Origin: Verrucomicrobiota bacterium
GTDB lineage: Bacteria > Verrucomicrobiota > Verrucomicrobiia > Limisphaerales > JAXMHQ01
Assembly: GCA_046346665.1 (NCBI GenBank)
Contig: JAXMHQ010000027.1
Span: 2,299 to 66,298 of the forward strand
Reading direction: 5' to 3'
DNA length: 64,000 nucleotides
The notes under the pieces are model-generated. The model was not told the origin of the DNA, did no database searches, and saw only the letters and a program-made list of their open reading frames with translations. Both the position numbers and the translations under genes were made by a program. Within the stretch, counting starts at the first letter, position 1. Each line of letters opens with the position of its first letter. Positions 57,120 to 64,000 of this stretch are shown piece after piece.

Positions 57120-58706
57120 ATGAGCACTCCGAAACGCACCTCCATCCAGCGCAGTTTCCGCATCATCCAGGGCGTGGTGGCCCTGCTCCTGGTGTTCCTC
57201 GTCGTCCAGGCCGTCGTGCTCTGGCGCGTCTGCTCCGAAGGCACGCGGGCCACCCGCGGGCTGGAAGCCGAAGGCCTGCCCAGCCTTCGTTACCTCGCCT
57301 CCCTCCAGGAAAACCTCGCCGTCTATCGCCTGCACGCCTACGAAATCATGTTCGCACAGGACCAGGATCGCCCCGCCCGCATGGCCGAGGCCGACGCGGT
57401 TCACCGCAAAAACCTCGAACTCCTCCAAAGCCTCGAAGCCCTGTTCCCCGCGGGCGAAGGACATGAACGCCTCCAGCAGCTCCGGGCCAGCCTCGAGGAT
57501 TATGTCCAGGCCATGGGCCGTGTGCGCGGACAGATCGACAAGGATTTCGCCGGCGCCATGAAGCTGCTCGACCAGGACATCCCGCCGCGGGTCAAACGAC
57601 TGAACGACACGGCCGAAACGGTCAAGGTCTATTGCTCCGACGCCGCCAACCAGCGCGCTTCCCTCACCGTCACCGGATTCGATCGCGTCCGGCAATCCGT
57701 CTGGGGCCTCGGCTCCGCCAGCATCGGTTTCGCGCTGCTCGCCGCCTTCCTCGTCAGCCTCAATTCCTCCCGCGTCCGCCGCGCATTGTCCGACCTCGTC
57801 GCGGTTCTCAACCAGGGATCCGAACGCCTCATCGGCTCCGCCAACATCGTCGCTTCCGCCAGCCGCTCCCTCGCCGAAGGCGCCAGCACCCAGGCCGCCT
57901 CCATCCAGGAAACCGGCGCGTCCCTCGAAGAGATGTCGAACATGACGCGCCGCAACACCGAGAATTCCGGCAAGGCAAACGAACTCGCACGCCAGGCCCG
58001 CGAATCCGCCGACAAAGGCGTCTCCGACATGCAATCCATGTCCGCCGCCATGGAAACCATCAAACGCTCCAGCGACGACATCGCCAAAATCATCAAAACC
58101 ATCGACGAAATCGCCTTTCAAACCAATATCCTCGCCCTCAACGCCGCCGTCGAAGCCGCCCGCGCCGGCGAAGCCGGCATGGGCTTCGCCGTCGTCGCCG
58201 ACGAGGTCCGCAGCCTCGCCCAGCGCTCCGCCCAGGCCGCCCGCGAAACCGCCGCCAAAATCGAAGGCGCCATCGCCAACACCGCCCAGGGCGTCCAGAT
58301 CAATTCCAAGGTCGCCGAAGCGTTAAATGAAATCGTCAACCGCACCCGGCAGGTCGACGAGCTCGCCGCCGAAGTCGCCAACGCTTCCCGCGAACAAACC
58401 CAGGGGATCACGCAAATCAACTCCGCCGTGGGCCAGATGGATCGCGTCACGCAAACCAACGCCGCCAGCGCCGAGGAGAGCGCCTCCGCGGCCCAGGACC
58501 TCAACGCGCAAGCCGAGGAAATGCGGCGCGCCGTCACCGAGCTGCTCCAACTGGTCGGCGGCTCCGGATCCCAGGCGCCCGCTCCGGCAACCATCAAAAA
58601 GGCTGCAGCTCCAACGCCCGCACCCCGCGCCCCAAAACCCGCCCCGCGCAGCGTCAAAGCCCGCGCCGCCGAAATCCCGCTCGAAGAAGGGTTCAAGGAT
58701 TTTTGA
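57120..58706 (+). CDS. Methyl-accepting chemotaxis protein (four-helix-bundle sensor) ending in GFKDF
   Basis: 528 aa with two TM segments, HAMP and an MA domain. It shares a 267-bp near-identical tract with the MCP at 53296-55260. Confidence 0.9.
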   Translation: MSTPKRTSIQRSFRIIQGVVALLLVFLVVQAVVLWRVCSEGTRATRGLEAEGLPSLRYLASLQENLAVYRLHAYEIMFAQDQDRPARMAEADAVHRKNLELLQSLEALFPAGEGHERLQQLRASLEDYVQAMGRVRGQIDKDFAGAMKLLDQDIPPRVKRLNDTAETVKVYCSDAANQRASLTVTGFDRVRQSVWGLGSASIGFALLAAFLVSLNSSRVRRALSDLVAVLNQGSERLIGSANIVASASRSLAEGASTQAASIQETGASLEEMSNMTRRNTENSGKANELARQARESADKGVSDMQSMSAAMETIKRSSDDIAKIIKTIDEIAFQTNILALNAAVEAARAGEAGMGFAVVADEVRSLAQRSAQAARETAAKIEGAIANTAQGVQINSKVAEALNEIVNRTRQVDELAAEVANASREQTQGITQINSAVGQMDRVTQTNAASAEESASAAQDLNAQAEEMRRAVTELLQLVGGSGSQAPAPATIKKAAAPTPAPRAPKPAPRSVKARAAEIPLEEGFKDF

Positions 58707-58814
58707 GTCCCCGCTTTTGACCCCGGCTCGCGCCGATTGGCGCAGGTCTTCCGTGAAATCTGCAATCTGCCGGCGCCTTTTCAGAGGCTTGCCGGTTATG
58801 GTAGCGTGTCGCCC

Positions 58815-59231
58815 ATGAGCACGTTTCCCGTCAGCCCTGAAAAGGAAACCCAGTTGGAACAGCGCATGGCGGCGCTGGGCGTCCGGGAATCCGACCTCGA
58901 GGAATCCTTCGTCCGGTCCGGCGGCCACGGCGGCCAGAACGTGAACAAGACCTCCACCTGCGTCATGCTGTTGCATCGCCCCACCGGCATCCAGGTCAAA
59001 TGCCAGGAAACCCGCCAGCAGGGACTCAACCGGTTCATCGCCCGGCGACTGTTGCTGGACAAAATCGAGGCGCAACGCCTCGGCCGGCTCGCCGCGCGCC
59101 AGCAGGAACAGGAACGCATCCGCCGCCAGAAACGCCGCCGCTCGCGCCGCTCCAAACAACGCATGCTCGCCGACAAATCCCATCAGTCGGCGAAAAAACA
59201 ATTCCGCCGGGCCGGTGGCGGGGAGGATTAG
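58815..59231 (+). CDS. arfB: ArfB (YaeJ)-like peptidyl-tRNA hydrolase, RF-1 domain with GGQ
   Basis: 138 aa with SGGHGGQNVNKTST and a basic C-terminal tail (RRQKRRRSRRSKQR). Confidence 0.7.
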   Translation: MSTFPVSPEKETQLEQRMAALGVRESDLEESFVRSGGHGGQNVNKTSTCVMLLHRPTGIQVKCQETRQQGLNRFIARRLLLDKIEAQRLGRLAARQQEQERIRRQKRRRSRRSKQRMLADKSHQSAKKQFRRAGGGED

Positions 59232-59242
59232 AAGCCTGATAC

Positions 59243-59318
59243 GTAGGAGACGAGGTAACGAGTCTCACAACATCGCCGCTCCTGCGGTTTGTCAGAGACT
59301 TCTCACCTCGTCTCCTAC
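59243..59318. repeat. Palindromic element with a 14-bp stem
   Basis: GTAGGAGACGAGGT (59243-59256) pairs with ACCTCGTCTCCTAC (59305-59318). Confidence 0.7.
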
Positions 59319-59348
59319 TGAACTCATTGGAACCGTTTGGCAGGTTAA

Positions 59349-60249
<901 letters not shown>

Positions 60250-60254
<5 letters not shown>

Positions 60255-60660
60255 CGGCCCTAAAGGAAATCCGCACGATCAAATCGCGCCCGAAACTGTG
60301 CTGCAGCCGGGCCAGGATTTCCTTGCGGCGATAACGCACAATTTCCGCCAGCCAGACGCTGCTGTCCACCTCCACAAACAGCGTGCCTTTGTGAATCCCC
60401 ACCGGCTGGGCGTGCGCCACCACATCGGGATCGAGCAGGTGGTTCCACACTTTCACAATCTCCGCCTCCGACTGCCGCCGGTCCATCCGGACATCGCCCA
60501 GCACGCGTTTGAGCGTGTCCCCGGCCGATTTGGCGCTGGAACGGCGGGCGATTTCGAGCGGCGCAAGGTGGGCGCCCCGCCAGGCCGCCAAAACGCGGTC
60601 ACGCGCCGACCGCCGGGGCGGACCGAGCGGTGGAATATGTCTGGGCGGGAACGGCGGCAT
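60250..60660 (-). CDS. DUF721-domain protein (DciA-like)
   Basis: The C-terminal part (W..L.....A.HA.PVGIHKGTLFVEVDSSVWLAEI...R.EIL..L) matches DUF721. Confidence 0.6.
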
Positions 60661-60672
60661 CGGTGTTCAGAA

Positions 60673-60760
60673 GTTGAACCGTCAAAAAAGTTAAAGGGTT
60701 AAATCGCGACGGTCGCGGGCACTGGAACGCTTTAACTTTTCAACCTTTTAACCATTTAAC
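60673..60760. repeat. Second palindromic element of the TTAAC/TTCAACC type
   Basis: GTTGAACCGTCAAAAAAGTTAAAGGGTTAAA pairs with TTTAACTTTTCAACCTTTTAACCATTTAAC. Confidence 0.75.
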
Positions 60761-60763
60761 GAG

Positions 60764-62842
60764 CTAGCCTTCCACCACCGCGGCCGGCTTGACCTCCGGA
60801 TGTTCGTCCAGGACCAGCACGCCGTGAGGGGGCAAATCGTAGTTGCCCGAGAAAGTGGCGCCGGTCAGGAAATCGTGCATCGGCTTGTAAAACTGGATCC
60901 GCACCGGCGAATTCTGGTGGTTTAAAAGGAAATACACCCGGGTGCCTTCCTTCTCGCGCATGCTCACCTGGACCGTGTCCGGCACTTTCAGCAGCGGATG
61001 CAGGTTGCACACCTGCCGCAGCCAGCCCACCAGGTCGAAATAGAAATGCTGGTGGCTTTGCGTCCCGATGTAGATCGCCTTGCCCAGCCCGAACGTGTTC
61101 ATCGTCATCGCCGGCCGCCCCGAATAAAAATCCTTCGCGTAGGTCGCCAGCACCTGGCACTCCTTCGGCTCGATGATGTCGCACCAGATCCGGGCCGGAT
61201 GCAAATGGCTCGTCGGAAACGCGCCCTTGAATGTGATGTGATTCTCCTCGCCCGGAGGCAAAGGATCGAATTCCAGCACTTCCATCCCGAACAGGTCCGT
61301 CAGGTCGTGCGGAAAACCGTTCACCGGCGCCAGGTTGTGCTCGTCCACCAGCCCCGTGTTGAACGTCCCCACCAGCGTCCCGCCGTTCTGCACATACAAC
61401 TTCAACAAATCCGCCTCGGTGCCGGACAACAAATGCAGCGACGGCGCGAACACCAGTTTGTACTTCGACAAATCCTCGTCCGGCCGCGCGAAATCGACCG
61501 AAATGTTCCGGTCATGCAGCGCCGTGTAGAACATCTGGATGTGTTCGCGCAGGTTGAAATGCTTGTTCGGCTGCATCGGCTGCTGCAACGCCCAGTCGTT
61601 GTCATGCGTATACAGAATGCACGCCTCGGCCACCACCTTCGTGTCCTTCAACGCGGGCGCCAGCAGCTTGATTTCCTCGCCGATCTGGCTGATTTCCTTG
61701 AACACCCGGTTGTTGGTCTGGATGTGGTGCGGCAACACCGCGCCGAAAAATTTCTCAAACCCGATCCGCGACTGGCGCCAGTGGTAATACAGCACCCCCG
61801 ACGCGCCCCGCGACAGCAGTTGATACGTGAACAGCCGGATCACCCCCGGCCGCACCAGCGAGTTCACATCCTGCCAGTTCACCTGCCCCGCTTTCTGTTC
61901 AATCACCCAGAACCCGCAATCGCCGTCCGGCGTCCGGATCCCTTCCTTCTTCAGCGACCGCAGAATATCAATGTCGCACGCCAGCTCGGCCGCCTTGCTC
62001 TTGATCACCGCGTTGCTCTCGATCGAAACGAAATCCAGGATCTTCGCGACGTCGAAATGATCGAACTTCCGCAGCAGGGCGCGCAGGTTCGTGGTCAGCG
62101 GGATGTCGGGCGTCAACTCCCGCAACAGCTCCGCCTGCATGTTCACAAACGCCACAATCGTATCGCTGCTGAACCGCGCCCAGTCGAGCACCAGCGCCGG
62201 ATTGTGCGCCGTCGGCGCATACATCGGCATCGGGACTTCGTCGAACGACGACACCACCTGGCCCCAGTAAGCCAGGCCCAGCTCCCGGTTCAGGCGCTCC
62301 ACGGTCTCGTATTTCAGCTTGAGCCAGTTCTGCCATTCCAGCCGCGTGTCCTCGTTGAACGACCACTCGGTCTGGTGCCCCCCAATGCCGCTGTCAATCT
62401 GCCACGCCACCAGTTGCGGATGCTTCCCCAGCGCCTTCGCCATCTGCTCCACGATCCGCTTGGCGTGATTCCAGTAAACGTCGTTGTTGAAACACACCGC
62501 GCGACGCGTGCCTTCCCGGCGCGGAATGCCCTTCTCGTCCAGCGGCAGAATCTCCGGATGTTTCTTCGACAGCCATACCGGCGGGGCGGCCGTCGGAGTG
62601 GCCAGCACCACCTGGATGCCCGCCTTCCCCAGGATGTCCATCACCCGCTTCATCCAGCCGAAGTCGAACTTGCCCTCCTTCGGCTCGCAAATCCCCCAGG
62701 AGAATTCGCCGATGCGGACAACGTTGATGCCGGCCTTGACCATCAGTTGGGCATCCTCTTCCCACTGTGCTTCGGGATGTTCGGCCGTGCCGCCGTAAGG
62801 AAAGACCCACTGTTCCGGATAATAATCGACGCCGAAATACAT
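60764..62842 (-). CDS. Beta-galactosidase, GH42 family
   Basis: MYFGVDYYPEQW...NVVRIGEFSWG..EP is the typical GH42 N-terminus. 692 aa. Confidence 0.9.
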   Translation of the reverse strand: MYFGVDYYPEQWVFPYGGTAEHPEAQWEEDAQLMVKAGINVVRIGEFSWGICEPKEGKFDFGWMKRVMDILGKAGIQVVLATPTAAPPVWLSKKHPEILPLDEKGIPRREGTRRAVCFNNDVYWNHAKRIVEQMAKALGKHPQLVAWQIDSGIGGHQTEWSFNEDTRLEWQNWLKLKYETVERLNRELGLAYWGQVVSSFDEVPMPMYAPTAHNPALVLDWARFSSDTIVAFVNMQAELLRELTPDIPLTTNLRALLRKFDHFDVAKILDFVSIESNAVIKSKAAELACDIDILRSLKKEGIRTPDGDCGFWVIEQKAGQVNWQDVNSLVRPGVIRLFTYQLLSRGASGVLYYHWRQSRIGFEKFFGAVLPHHIQTNNRVFKEISQIGEEIKLLAPALKDTKVVAEACILYTHDNDWALQQPMQPNKHFNLREHIQMFYTALHDRNISVDFARPDEDLSKYKLVFAPSLHLLSGTEADLLKLYVQNGGTLVGTFNTGLVDEHNLAPVNGFPHDLTDLFGMEVLEFDPLPPGEENHITFKGAFPTSHLHPARIWCDIIEPKECQVLATYAKDFYSGRPAMTMNTFGLGKAIYIGTQSHQHFYFDLVGWLRQVCNLHPLLKVPDTVQVSMREKEGTRVYFLLNHQNSPVRIQFYKPMHDFLTGATFSGNYDLPPHGVLVLDEHPEVKPAAVVEG

Positions 62843-62920
62843 AGGTGGTTGGAGCGCGTGGCGCTGTTGGCCTCACTTTAAGAAGAAGTCCGATGGGCTG
62901 CAATTCCAAAAAACAGAATT

Positions 62921-63003
62921 CAGAAGCCAGAAGCCAGAAGCAAGCAGAGCAACCCCGCGACGGAAAAGCTGCAACCCGCAATCCGCAACCTGCAACCCGC
63001 AAC
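62921..63003. repeat. Two short tandem arrays (AGAAGCC x3, then GCAACCYGCAA units)
   Basis: The arrays read cagaagccagaagccagaagcaag and ctgcaacccgcaatccgcaacctgcaacccgcaac. Confidence 0.7.
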
Positions 63004-63036
63004 AAAAAACGGCGCCCCGTTTCCAGGACGCCGTTC
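63003..63036 (-). terminator. Intrinsic terminator downstream of gap
   Basis: On the minus strand the stem AACGGCG...CGCCGTT (plus-strand coordinates 63008-63014 and 63029-63035) is followed by TTTTTTG. Confidence 0.65.
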
Positions 63037-63053
63037 GTGAAAAACCGTTCGGC

Positions 63054-64000
<947 letters not shown>

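Overview
This is a high-GC bacterial chromosomal window. Gene content (many glycoside hydrolases, giant BlaR-type membrane proteins, MCP arrays) and the style of the intergenic repeats suggest a free-living diderm of the Verrucomicrobiota/Planctomycetota type; that is inference only, nothing was searched. I call about 50 protein genes, 2 tRNAs, 1 tRNA fragment, 4 disrupted genes and many short palindromic or tandem intergenic repeats. No integrase, transposase, CRISPR array or rRNA is visible.

Layout:
- 1-3.1 kb: pectin and arabinan enzymes (PL4-like lyase, GH51).
- 3.2-9 kb: tRNA-His, a cNMP-binding histidine kinase, mutL, tig, bioD.
- 9-18 kb: C1 peptidase, frameshifted thiD, a GH172/DUF2961 protein, and an ATGA-coupled operon of a Zn-ribbon protein plus two amidohydrolases.
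- 18.6-26.8 kb: a six-gene minus-strand carotenoid-type operon (two CrtI-family enzymes, an aldehyde dehydrogenase, an acyltransferase, a GT2 and a lipoprotein), divergent from a CarH-type B12 photoreceptor regulator. The intergenic region carries 11-bp-spaced repeats and a near-consensus, apparently leaderless promoter.
- 27.2-33.1 kb: BlaI plus a 1811-aa BlaR1/M56 fusion ending in a TlpA-like thioredoxin. The segment is bracketed by a duplicated DUF2892 gene end and followed by two 186-bp MITE-like elements.
- 33.6-37.4 kb: a sugar-modification cluster that includes a BKACE enzyme and a DegT gene with an in-frame TAG.
- 37.4-44.6 kb: an all-minus-strand membrane and ion-homeostasis block bracketed by 132-bp direct repeats containing the tRNA-Gly 5' part.
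- 44.8-58.7 kb: a chemoreceptor island (cheW, four intact MCPs, one decayed MCP) with two sigma-28-type promoters and two consecutive 'outer-membrane barrel, periplasmic protein, MCP' triads.
- 58.8-64 kb: arfB-like gene, a nucleotidyltransferase, a DUF721 protein, GH42 and gap.

The most interesting candidates are the chemoreceptor triads, the BlaI/BlaR-thioredoxin module with its insertion scars, and the CarH operator/promoter architecture.
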